Below are positions 50,479 through 59,177 of a DNA stretch of 64,000 nt, one piece after another. The position numbers were made by a program, and so were the translations under genes. The DNA is taken from positions 224,001 through 288,000 of the forward strand of contig CAVZYA010000001.1 in NCBI GenBank assembly GCA_963779415.1, written 5' to 3'. The stretch comes from an uncultured Acidobacteriota bacterium (GTDB lineage: Bacteria > Acidobacteriota > Thermoanaerobaculia > UBA5066). How positions within the stretch are numbered: the first letter of the stretch is position 1; each line of letters begins with the position of its first letter. The notes under the pieces are model-generated. The model saw only the letters and a program-made list of their open reading frames with translations. It was not told the origin of the DNA and did no database searches.

Positions 50479-53007
50479 CTAGTCTTTCTGGGGGGGCTGA
50501 TCTTTCTTGTCCTTGTCTTTCTCGTCCTGCTTCTTTTTCTCTTCCGGCGTTGGTGTCTTGGCTTTGGATTGCGCGGCCTTCTGCTCCTCGGCTGCCTTCT
50601 GTGCCTTGGCGCTGGCCGCCTGCTGCTGCTGTTTCTGCGCCTTCGCCTGCTCCTGCTGCTTCTGCGCCTGCTGCTGAGCCGCCTTGCGGGCAGCCTCGGC
50701 TTCCTGGGCCTTTCGGGCGTCAAGCTGCTGCTGCTTCACGCGAGCGGCTTCGGCCTCCTGCTGTTGCTTCTGCACCTTTGCGGCATCGAGCCCCTGCTGC
50801 TGTTTCACCCGAGCGGCTTCGGCCTCGTGCTGTTGCTTCTGCACCTTTGCGGCATCGAGCCCCTGCTGCTGCTTCACGCGGGCGGCTTCGGCCTCGTGCT
50901 GTTGCTTCTGCATCTTTGCGGCATCGAGCCCCTGCTGCTGCTTCACGCGGGCGGCTTCGGCCTCCTGCTGTTGCTTCTGCGCCTTTGCGGCATCGAGCCC
51001 CTGCTGCTGTTTCACCCGAGCGGCTTCGGCCTCGTGCTGTTGCTTCTGCACCTTTGCGGCATCGAGCCCCTGCTGCTGCTTCACGCGGGCGGCTTCGGCC
51101 TCCTGCTGTTGCTTCTGCGCCTTTGTGGCATCGAGCCCCTGCTGCTGTTTCACCCGAGCGGCTTCGGCCTCCTGCTGTTGCTTCTGCACCTTTGCGGCAT
51201 CGAGCCCCTGCTGCTGTTTCACCCGAGCTGCTTCGGCCTCCTGCTGTTGCTTCTGCACCTTTGCGGCATCGAGCCCCTGCTGCTGCTTCACGCGGGCGCC
51301 CTCGGCTTCCTGGGCCTTTCGGGCGTCAAGCTGCTGCTGAGCCGCCTTGCGGGCAGCTTCAGCCTCCTGCGTCTTGCGGGCGTCGAGCTGCTGCTGCTTG
51401 GCGTCCTGCTGGGGATGTGCCTGACCCGGCGTGGCCTGGTGCGTCACGGGCACGGGTGCCGGAATTGCACTCCCTTGCGGTTTCTTCGGAGTGAGGGTGA
51501 CCCGGCCCGACTCGACGACGGCGGAGCGTGAGGGCTGGATGGCCCGGGAAACCGGCGAAAGGCGTGCCGCCTGTGCGGGGTCCACGGGCGCACCATGGTT
51601 CTCGCGGATGAGGCTTGTCTTCTCGTGGAAGAGAGCCGGTGCCGGGGCCGGGGCGAGACGCGTGACCACAGGGCGACTCATAGCCGCGGCCGGCGGGCGC
51701 GGCGCCGAACCGGTGCTCTTCGTCGAGACGCGGATCGAGGATGCGACCGGTACGACGGGGAGCGGGCCGCGAACGACGGGCGCCGCAGAGATCTCGCGCA
51801 CGACCCTCGCATCGCGGATCGTGTTCGTCGCGACTGGTCTACCTGAAATGAAGGTGCTCTGGTTGACCACCGTGACGTACGTGCGGTTCACGTAGGTGAC
51901 ATTCGTGACGGAGGGTAGGTTCGTTTCGCGGGAGCGCGAGCCCCACCACGGAACGAACGGGTCATGGGGCGCCAGCGGGAACCAGCCGACGTCCCCGCCT
52001 CCGCCGACCGAAACGGAGGCCGAGAAGCCGGGACCACCGACGAACGCGACGAGCGCCGGAGCGTAGCGGACCGCCCGGACTTCCGGCCCGACCGGTACCC
52101 AGTACCAGCGCGCTCGTGACGTCACCCAACGTCCGTAGTGATAGGGAGCCCAGCCCCAGGGCTCGTTCGAAACCCAGCTCCAGCCCCAGGGGTCCTGCCA
52201 GGCCCAGCGTCCGGCGCGGTAGGGCTGCCAATCGGCAGACACTCTTGCCGGGCTCCAGCAGGTGCCGTATCCGGGGACCTGCGACCAGGTCCCGTATTGA
52301 TCGAGGTCCTCGACGCCGGAAATGTCGGCGCTGACATAGCGGCGTGAGCCATCGTTGCGGGAGCGCCGCGATCGCGTCGCGACCCATTGGTCCCAGGAGT
52401 CGGGGCGCGGGAGCGACGTGATGTCATAGACGGGCGCGTCGATGCCGTCGATCTCCATCAGTCTTCCCGCGCCGAGCGGCACCTCGCCGCCGGCCGCAGC
52501 CACGTATGCGTGCCCGCGATTGACGATGACGCGGGTGTTGCCGTCACGGTCGACGCCGATCCGATAGTCGCCGGCACGGTCGAACGTGACCGCGGCGTTC
52601 GGAGTGTCGACCTCGAAGGAGTCCCCGGAGCCGATCTGCCGGATGTGAAACGAAGCAGACCCCATCCCCAGCGAGAATTGCTTGACCTCGTAGGTGAGGT
52701 TCAACGCGGCGAGGTCCGTCTCCGGCGCCAGGTAGATTGCGCCGTTCTCGGTCTGGAGCTCCAGACGCGAGTTCTTCGCCGTGTAAAGGCGATCGCCCAG
52801 CGTCATCGGGAAGTTGAGGGACGCCGGCTGCCAGTCGTCCGGGTCGTCGCCTCGGCTGTACGAGACCTGCCCGGAGAAATAGGCCACGCGGACGACCGTC
52901 TGCGTGATGTCGTCGCCGTCCGGCGATTGCGCCTGAGAAGCCGAAGCGAGCGCGAGCGTTGCCAGCAGCGCGATGAGCGCGCGGCCCCGTGTGAGTGTGC
53001 TGTTCAT
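50479..53007 (-). CDS. Exported FecR/DUF6600-type protein with long Gln/Ala coiled-coil repeat tail
   Basis: Signal peptide; EVDTPN; WQPY..GRW.W..PWGW.WVSNEPWGWAPYHYGRW; repeat tail. Confidence 0.85.
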   Translation of the reverse strand: MNSTLTRGRALIALLATLALASASQAQSPDGDDITQTVVRVAYFSGQVSYSRGDDPDDWQPASLNFPMTLGDRLYTAKNSRLELQTENGAIYLAPETDLAALNLTYEVKQFSLGMGSASFHIRQIGSGDSFEVDTPNAAVTFDRAGDYRIGVDRDGNTRVIVNRGHAYVAAAGGEVPLGAGRLMEIDGIDAPVYDITSLPRPDSWDQWVATRSRRSRNDGSRRYVSADISGVEDLDQYGTWSQVPGYGTCWSPARVSADWQPYRAGRWAWQDPWGWSWVSNEPWGWAPYHYGRWVTSRARWYWVPVGPEVRAVRYAPALVAFVGGPGFSASVSVGGGGDVGWFPLAPHDPFVPWWGSRSRETNLPSVTNVTYVNRTYVTVVNQSTFISGRPVATNTIRDARVVREISAAPVVRGPLPVVPVASSIRVSTKSTGSAPRPPAAAMSRPVVTRLAPAPAPALFHEKTSLIRENHGAPVDPAQAARLSPVSRAIQPSRSAVVESGRVTLTPKKPQGSAIPAPVPVTHQATPGQAHPQQDAKQQQLDARKTQEAEAARKAAQQQLDARKAQEAEGARVKQQQGLDAAKVQKQQQEAEAARVKQQQGLDAAKVQKQQQEAEAARVKQQQGLDATKAQKQQQEAEAARVKQQQGLDAAKVQKQQHEAEAARVKQQQGLDAAKAQKQQQEAEAARVKQQQGLDAAKMQKQQHEAEAARVKQQQGLDAAKVQKQQHEAEAARVKQQQGLDAAKVQKQQQEAEAARVKQQQLDARKAQEAEAARKAAQQQAQKQQEQAKAQKQQQQAASAKAQKAAEEQKAAQSKAKTPTPEEKKKQDEKDKDKKDQPPQKD
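50740..51291 (-). repeat. Eight tandem 69-bp coding repeats (VKQQQGLDAAKVQKQQQEAEAAR)
   Basis: Directly visible 69-nt period, 552 bp in total. Confidence 0.95.
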
Positions 53008-53046
53008 GTATCAGGTCCTTCCATGCCTCGACAGGCACGTTTTCGC

Positions 53047-53319
53047 TCAGGAGGACGCCTTCCGGCTCCTGCCCACCAGGGTGCCGGTGAGAAAACCGAG
53101 GACGAGACCAGCCCCGAGCGCGCCCAGAGCCACGGTCCCGGGACGGGACCTTACGTAGCCGTCGACAGTCGCGCTGAGGTCGTTCCACGACTCTGTGGCC
53201 GTCCGCTTGACGTCCTCGACGGCTTCCTTCCCGTGTTCCCAGCTATCCTTGAAATGACCTGCGGCCGAGGCCAGGTTGCCCGTTTGATCCGGTGACACCG
53301 GTGTGCTTCTCTGTTCCAT
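53047..53319 (-). CDS. DUF883/ElaB-like tail-anchored protein
   Basis: C-terminal YVRSRPGTVALGALGAGLVLGFL. Confidence 0.8.
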   Translation of the reverse strand: MEQRSTPVSPDQTGNLASAAGHFKDSWEHGKEAVEDVKRTATESWNDLSATVDGYVRSRPGTVALGALGAGLVLGFLTGTLVGRSRKASS

Positions 53320-53350
53320 GGCGTGCTCCTCCTTCTACGGAGGAGTTCGG

Positions 53351-53366
53351 AGCAAGGCCCGTGCCG
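53351..53366 (-). promoter_or_regulatory. sigma54 promoter
   Basis: CGGCAC-GGGCC-TTGCT. Confidence 0.72.
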
Positions 53367-53506
53367 CATCTCGGTCTCGGGATTCAGCTGCCAGGTTCTC
53401 CGTGTGCCCTATGGCATCCGGTTTCCCGGGCTCTGGTTTGAAAACATGACAAAGCGTCTGGAAAATCAGGGGATTTAGCGCCGCCCTGTCACGCCTGACA
53501 TTTCGA

Positions 53507-53959
53507 CTACTGCAGCTTTTTCCCGATCGCCGCGAAGAAGTGTGTTTCGAATGATCCCGTCGAATAGCACTGCGAGAAATCGACCGGGACGTCGGGGCGC
53601 GCGATGAAGCTGTTCACCGTCACCTTTGTCCGTACGCCGGACTCGCGCCTCACGAAGACGTTGAAGAGGTATGCGGCCTGGCTCGTACCGGGACCGGGAG
53701 GCTGAGCGAAACAGTCCACCCAGTCCCGCGGTATCTTGATCCATTGCAGCGTCATGATTCCGGAATCCCTCGAGATCTTCTCGACGGGGAGGACGAGGTC
53801 GGCTGCCGTCTCCGTGACGGCTGTCCAGGTACGGTCGAAATCGGCCGCAAAGGTCCGGGAATTTTCGAAGTCGTGCCGGACGGCGCGATGCGTCGAGCAG
53901 GCCGGCACCGAGAGAGAGAGAGCGAGAAGCGCCAGGGCGGAGACAGTGGATTTCGCCAT
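53507..53959 (-). CDS. Putative lipoprotein
   Basis: Hydrophobic signal ending in VPAC; GGAAG RBS. Confidence 0.65.
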   Translation of the reverse strand: MAKSTVSALALLALSLSVPACSTHRAVRHDFENSRTFAADFDRTWTAVTETAADLVLPVEKISRDSGIMTLQWIKIPRDWVDCFAQPPGPGTSQAAYLFNVFVRRESGVRTKVTVNSFIARPDVPVDFSQCYSTGSFETHFFAAIGKKLQ

Positions 53960-53988
53960 GAGAAATCTTCCCCTTCCATCGGTGCGTT

Positions 53989-55236
53989 TCATCCTTTGAG
54001 GCTCCACGAACGCAGGGTCCGGACCAGGCGCTCGAAGAAGGAAGACGGGTTTGGCTCCGTGCGCGCGTCACCCCTTCTCCCGAGGTCATACTGGAACTGC
54101 AGAGTCAGCGCGTTACCGCCCAGATGGTCGCCGCGAACGGCATTGAAGCCGTAACCGTAGAAGAGCGACACCTTCCAGTACTTCGAGAGAGACAAATAGG
54201 TGACGCCGGCCCCCACGCCGGTATTCCAACCACCCGGCTGTTCAACTCCCGGCGTCGTCGCGATCCTTCCCGTGCTTCCCGCTACCGTGAGAAGCCATCG
54301 CCGAACCGGCTCGAGCGGCACGGAATACGTGGCGCCCATGAGGACGAGCTGGCGCGCGCTCAGCTCTCCTGCAAAGTATCCCGGCAGGACGAGGGGAAAC
54401 TCCGAAGCGAGCGTGAAGACGCCACCCACGCGATAAGCGCTGAAGCGATCCGGATGGACGGAGCCGCCGGCGATCACGCCGAACGTCAACCGCTGTTTGG
54501 AGTCCGGCAGCGTGTAGACGAGCAGCCCGCGACCCCAGAACAGGTGCACCACGCGTTCCACGCTCCGATCACCATCGTATCCGTAACTTCCGGGCTCGAA
54601 GCGGAGCTGACCCTCGTACCAGGCCGAAAGCTCCATGGCGAATGCCGGGTCGAGCCGGGGCTCCTCTCCTCCAAAGCGGACCCCGGCCTGCAACGTGGCC
54701 ACGGGCTGATTCGGGGGGAGGACAAAGTCCGCCGGGTTGGTGCTGCGGCGAACAAAGGAGGCGTACGAGAAGACGCTGCGAAGTATTCCATTGAGGGGAA
54801 TCAGCGCCCCGGGATCGAAGAGGTGATAGAGACCCAGGGACGCGGCTCCGCCATTGCCGGTGAAGGACTGGTCGCGCAGCCATTCGCCGCGGCTGATCTC
54901 CTCGTAGTTGTAGCCGAGGAGCCCTCCGGAAAGGCCGATCGAGAGATCCGTGTTGGGCCCGAAGACTCCCCGGATCCCGAGCTCACCGTCCACGTAAAGA
55001 GGCGCCGCGGCGAGGCGAAACGCGAGGTTTGGTCGGAGAAACTCGGGACGGCTCAGGTAGTAATAGCCGTATGCGGCCAGGGGCGACAGGCCGCCCAACG
55101 GCTGGCCATAGCCCACCTCGATGAGGTCGCGGCGAACAGGGTCGATCTGTGCCCGGGCCGTCGAAGCGAGAAAGACGGCGGCGAGGACGCTGGCGACGTC
55201 GAACAGCAACCGTCTCGTCCTTCTCGCCGCGAACAT
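53989..55236 (-). CDS. Putative outer-membrane beta-barrel protein (alternative start 55317)
   Basis: Signal ending AQIDP; aromatic alternating beta strands; LQFQYDL near the C-terminus. Confidence 0.7.
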   Translation of the reverse strand: MFAARRTRRLLFDVASVLAAVFLASTARAQIDPVRRDLIEVGYGQPLGGLSPLAAYGYYYLSRPEFLRPNLAFRLAAAPLYVDGELGIRGVFGPNTDLSIGLSGGLLGYNYEEISRGEWLRDQSFTGNGGAASLGLYHLFDPGALIPLNGILRSVFSYASFVRRSTNPADFVLPPNQPVATLQAGVRFGGEEPRLDPAFAMELSAWYEGQLRFEPGSYGYDGDRSVERVVHLFWGRGLLVYTLPDSKQRLTFGVIAGGSVHPDRFSAYRVGGVFTLASEFPLVLPGYFAGELSARQLVLMGATYSVPLEPVRRWLLTVAGSTGRIATTPGVEQPGGWNTGVGAGVTYLSLSKYWKVSLFYGYGFNAVRGDHLGGNALTLQFQYDLGRRGDARTEPNPSSFFERLVRTLRSWSLKG

Positions 55237-55249
55237 GCGATCTGTGCGC

Positions 55250-55265
55250 TGCAAGAACTTCGCCA
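55250..55265 (-). promoter_or_regulatory. Possible sigma54 promoter (would give a nearly leaderless mRNA)
   Basis: TGGCGA-AGTTC-TTGCA. Confidence 0.45.
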
Positions 55266-55344
55266 GCCGGGAAACTTCCTTCCTCGAGAAGGTCACCCGA
55301 CCGGCGGCTCTCGTCATGCGCCTTCAGAAAGGATGGATCGATCT

Positions 55345-55776
55345 TCAGTGCTTGTCGGGGTTCTTGTGGTGGTCTTTGTTCGAGTGGTTCTCCCCTTTCC
55401 ACTGGCGATAGTCGTCGCCTTCGATCAACTGCTGGTTCGACCAATGGCCCGGATGGTAGACGTAGACAGAGCCTTCATGCGTGTACTGAGCCTTCATCCA
55501 CCTGGCACCGTGTGCGTCGGGCCGGTCCCAACGACCGGGGACCCAGTCCCAGCCACTGCCGTGCCAATGCCAGAAGCCCCCGACCCACAGGTAATCCCTG
55601 CCTGGCCGGCTCGGCTTCTGCTCGCTCCGATACCTGGGCGGAGCCTGGTGTGCCACGTGAATTTCCAATCCGGGGAGCGGAACGTTGACCTGAACATTGA
55701 CCTGTGCCGCCGCCGGCAGCGACGTCAGGCCGACGAACGTCATCGTGGCGATGGACTTGAAGACACTCCTCAGCAT
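55345..55776 (-). CDS. YXWGXW-repeat exported protein
   Basis: APPRYR.E..P.RPG.DYLWVGGFWHW.G.GWDWVPGRW. Confidence 0.82.
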   Translation of the reverse strand: MLRSVFKSIATMTFVGLTSLPAAAQVNVQVNVPLPGLEIHVAHQAPPRYRSEQKPSRPGRDYLWVGGFWHWHGSGWDWVPGRWDRPDAHGARWMKAQYTHEGSVYVYHPGHWSNQQLIEGDDYRQWKGENHSNKDHHKNPDKH

Positions 55777-55800
55777 CGTCCTTACCTCCGCTCCTGGGGG

Positions 55801-55816
55801 AGCAAGCGGGATGCCA
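55801..55816 (-). promoter_or_regulatory. sigma54 promoter
   Basis: TGGCAT-CCCGC-TTGCT. Confidence 0.75.
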
Positions 55817-55851
55817 TGACACCGTCTGCGGGAGAGGCCGCCTCGAGGGCG

Positions 55852-57141
55852 TCAACCGGGGTCGCCGCTCGCGGTCGTCGTCTCGACCGCCTCCGGCAGA
55901 CCTTTCTCGTCCTCCCGCCGGTCTTGCGAGATCTCGACGGCGATGGCGGCGGCCTGCTCCGCGCCCACACCCTCCGTTCGGCGTTCGTATTCTTCCTCAC
56001 CGCGGTCGTCGGCTTCACGCACGAGCGTATCCACGGGCTGCTCCTGCTCACCGGGCAGGTCGACTCGGAGTTCCTCGATGACCATCATCGCCGTGGCCGC
56101 GACGGGCAGGGCGAGGAGCGCGCCGAGGACCCCCATCAGCGTCCCGCCCGCCAGGAGCGCGAACATGACGATGGACGCGGGAAGGCGCAGCGCCCGGCCG
56201 TAGATCCGGGGGACGAGAACACGGCTCTCGAACTCCTCGTACGCGAGCATGAGGACGAGGACGACGACGACAACGACGGGCCCACGCGACAGGGAGGCGA
56301 GGACCGCCGGGCCCACCGAGAGAAGAGCGCCGATGTAGGGGAGCACGTCCGCGAGGCCGGCGAACACCGCGAGCGCCAGAGCGTTCTTCACGCCACACGC
56401 CGTCAGAAGGACGAACGTGAAGACGGACATCAGAAGGGACGTGAGCAGCTGTCCACGGATGTATGCGCCGACGATCGTCTCGAGGTTCATCATGATGCGA
56501 GAGAGCCGGATGTGGTGCGAACGGGGGACGACGGCGAAGAGCCCCCCTCGGAGCCGATCGCGGTCGATCATGATGTAGAGCGCGAGGAAGAGGGCGCTGC
56601 ACCCGTACGCGGCGATGGCAAAGACGCGCAGGGAGAAGGCGAACGCCGCCGGGCCCATGGTGATCGAAAGCGCGCCGACCTTGAGGCCGCGAAGCCAATC
56701 CGCGAGCGGGGCGCTCAGAGGAGAGGTGGCGAGAGTGTCTGCGAGTCGCGCTTGCAGCGCGGGCTCGCGCTCGAGAAGCGCCGCCACCTGGGAGACCAGC
56801 GGCGGGATCGTGAGGGCGAGGACGAGAAGCGCCAGGATGAAGAAGACCGTGAAGACGATCGCGATTCCAAGTCCGCGCCTCACGCCCTTCTCTTCGAGCC
56901 ATCGGACACTCGGGCTCAACGTGCCGGCGACGAGAAGAGCCACGACGAGGACGAGGAGGACGGGCCAGAGCCGGATCAGCAGCCATACGGATGCCATGAC
57001 GAGTACGAGCGCCACCACGGTCTTGAGCGATAGCTCGAAGCTCACGTGACGCTCCCGGTCGCCGCCGACAGCGGGAAGCATATGGAGAGCCGGCGGCGTG
57101 GCGCGAGGCACTTTCTGCTCCGATCCAGAGGCCTTGGTCAT
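55852..57141 (-). CDS. AI-2E family transporter
   Basis: AYIRGQL, LPYIGAL, ESRVLVPRIYG, LGALLALPVAA. Confidence 0.9.
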   Translation of the reverse strand: MTKASGSEQKVPRATPPALHMLPAVGGDRERHVSFELSLKTVVALVLVMASVWLLIRLWPVLLVLVVALLVAGTLSPSVRWLEEKGVRRGLGIAIVFTVFFILALLVLALTIPPLVSQVAALLEREPALQARLADTLATSPLSAPLADWLRGLKVGALSITMGPAAFAFSLRVFAIAAYGCSALFLALYIMIDRDRLRGGLFAVVPRSHHIRLSRIMMNLETIVGAYIRGQLLTSLLMSVFTFVLLTACGVKNALALAVFAGLADVLPYIGALLSVGPAVLASLSRGPVVVVVVLVLMLAYEEFESRVLVPRIYGRALRLPASIVMFALLAGGTLMGVLGALLALPVAATAMMVIEELRVDLPGEQEQPVDTLVREADDRGEEEYERRTEGVGAEQAAAIAVEISQDRREDEKGLPEAVETTTASGDPG

Positions 57142-57168
57142 GCGCCCTCCCCAGCTCAGGAACACGAG

Positions 57169-57184
57169 CGCAAGATCGCTGCCA
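57169..57184 (-). promoter_or_regulatory. sigma54 promoter
   Basis: TGGCAG-CGATC-TTGCG. Confidence 0.72.
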
Positions 57185-57204
57185 AGAGGAGACGTGGAAA
57201 ACAG

Positions 57205-58719
57205 CTATCCGGGCGTCTGGTGGCGCCGGCTCCCCAGCACGATCTCCGTCATCCTGAAGAAGTGGTGTCCCTTCACCGCCATCGTCACGGTCTCGGCCAG
57301 CATCCGGGGCCTGGCGAGCAGCCCCTTCACGAGGAACTTCCAGTAGGCCCTGGAATAGAACGAGAACGTCTGCCGAACCAGCGAGAACAGGAAGGCCCTC
57401 ACCTCGGTGAAGGTGATCCTCCGCGCGGATGTCCGATGCGGTTTCACGGACTTCAGCAGATCGAGACAGCGCGCGAAGTAGCGGTCCGGGTCGTAGATCT
57501 CGGAGAGGACACGCTTGTAGCCGTCCAGCAGCTCCCTGACCTCCATCCGGGGGGCGAAGTTGAGCCTCAGGTCGTGCGTGTTGTTCCCGCCGCCCGACCC
57601 CTCCACGAGGCGTCCTTCCCGTCGGAGGCGCCGGTGGAGCTGCGTCCCCGGGAGCGCCGTCAGGAGGCTCACCATGGCTGACGGGATGCCGGACTCCTGA
57701 ATGAAGCGGATCTGGCGATCGAAGATATCGCAGGGATCGGTGTCGAAACCGAGGATGAAGCCCGCCGAGACCTCCATTCCCTTCCGCTGGATCGTCCGGA
57801 CGCTCTCCAGCATGTCCGACTTCAGATTCTGGCGCTTTCCCGTGGAGGCGAGCGTCTCGCGGTCCGGCGTCTCGATGCCGATGAAGACCATGTTGAAGCC
57901 GGCGGAGACCATCTGGTTCATCAACTCGCCGTCCTCGGCGAGGCCCAGCGTGGTCTCGGTGAAGAGGCCGAAGGGATAGCCTCTCTCCCGCTGCCACGAC
58001 GCCACCCGAGGCAGGAGGGACTTGACCTCCCTCACGTTGCCGATGAAGTTGTCGTCGACGACGAAGACCGACCCTCGCCACCCGGTGTCGTAAAGGAGCG
58101 TCAGCTCGTTCAACATCTGATCGGGGCATTTCGTGCGGGGCCGGCGTCCGAAGAGCTCGACGATGTCGCAGAACTCGCACGAATGAGGGCAGCCCCGGGA
58201 GTACTGCACGGCCATCGTCGAGTACCTTCTCCGCTTCACGAGGTCGAATCGGGGAGGGGGCGTAATGGCGATGTCGGGCCGGGCGGTGTCCCGGTAGACG
58301 TGGCCCGCCCGGCTCCGGGCGAAGTCGGCGAGGAAAGGCGGGAGCGTGACCTCCGCCTCGTTCAGGACGAAGTGGTCGACGCCCGGGATCCCCTCGTGTC
58401 CGCTCGACGGGTACGGTCCGCCCGCCACGACGGGCGTTCCCAGCTCGTTGCACAGCCGGACGACCCTCTCGTGAGACTCCCTCTGGACGATCATCGACGA
58501 GGTGAAGACGACGTCCGCGCCGGACACGGCCGACGGATGGAGCCGCTCCACGTTCATGTCCACGAGCGTCACCTCCCAGTCCGCGGGGAGGAGGGAAGCG
58601 ACGGTCAGGAGGCCGAGGGGCGGGATCGAGGCCTTCTTGCCGATGAACGGGAGCGCGTACGTCATGCTCCAGTACGTCGGCGGAATCTCGGGATAGACCA
58701 GCAGGGCCCGGAGGGACAT
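57205..58719 (-). CDS. B12-binding radical SAM protein (DUF4070/HpnP-like family)
   Basis: PPLGLLTVA, VAGGPY, SRGCPHSCEFC, VDDNFIG, GFILGFD.D. Confidence 0.9.
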   Translation of the reverse strand: MSLRALLVYPEIPPTYWSMTYALPFIGKKASIPPLGLLTVASLLPADWEVTLVDMNVERLHPSAVSGADVVFTSSMIVQRESHERVVRLCNELGTPVVAGGPYPSSGHEGIPGVDHFVLNEAEVTLPPFLADFARSRAGHVYRDTARPDIAITPPPRFDLVKRRRYSTMAVQYSRGCPHSCEFCDIVELFGRRPRTKCPDQMLNELTLLYDTGWRGSVFVVDDNFIGNVREVKSLLPRVASWQRERGYPFGLFTETTLGLAEDGELMNQMVSAGFNMVFIGIETPDRETLASTGKRQNLKSDMLESVRTIQRKGMEVSAGFILGFDTDPCDIFDRQIRFIQESGIPSAMVSLLTALPGTQLHRRLRREGRLVEGSGGGNNTHDLRLNFAPRMEVRELLDGYKRVLSEIYDPDRYFARCLDLLKSVKPHRTSARRITFTEVRAFLFSLVRQTFSFYSRAYWKFLVKGLLARPRMLAETVTMAVKGHHFFRMTEIVLGSRRHQTPG

Positions 58720-58801
58720 GCGACTTTCCAGGAAGATTGCCGCCCGAACGGCGGCCCTCGCCCGAATGGCGGTCCTCGGGCCGGCGTCGGGACCGCGGAT
58801 T

Positions 58802-58951
58802 TCAGACGACTCTTCGACCCTGGAACAAGCGGATCAGCAGGATAACGATCGCGACGACGAGAAGGACGTGGATGAGGCCGCCCATCGTGTAGGCCGAGAG
58901 CATCCCGAGGGCCCACAGGACGAGAAGGATAACGAAGAGCGTCCAGAGCAT
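58802..58951 (-). CDS. lmo0937-family small membrane protein, copy 2
   Basis: MLWTLFVILLVLWALGMLSAYTMGGLIHVLLVVAIVILLIRLFQGRRVV. Confidence 0.85.
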   Translation of the reverse strand: MLWTLFVILLVLWALGMLSAYTMGGLIHVLLVVAIVILLIRLFQGRRVV

Positions 58952-59042
58952 GATGTCCCCCTTCCTCCGTCGTCGGTTCGGTCCCCGGTGAGCCGTATGG
59001 CGGCGGCGACGGAGACCCGCCGGGCCTGGCTGCCCACTCCAG

Positions 59043-59058
59043 AGCAAGCAGCCTGCCA
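59043..59058 (-). promoter_or_regulatory. sigma54 promoter
   Basis: TGGCAG-GCTGC-TTGCT. Confidence 0.72.
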
Positions 59059-59177
59059 AAGCTCCGAACCGGCCGCGGACGGCGCTCCCGGCGCCTTTAC
59101 CCCCGGCGCGCTGCCAGAGTCGCCGTTCGACAGTAAGGGTTTCCCGTCACACTTGAAAGAAATGCTATCGGCAGGGC

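Noticed and set aside
50684-51340. Cys-rich repetitive plus-strand ORF (CCCF repeats) resembling a metallothionein or RiPP precursor
   Set aside because: It is the antisense reading of the CAG-rich 69-bp repeat in the DUF6600-type gene
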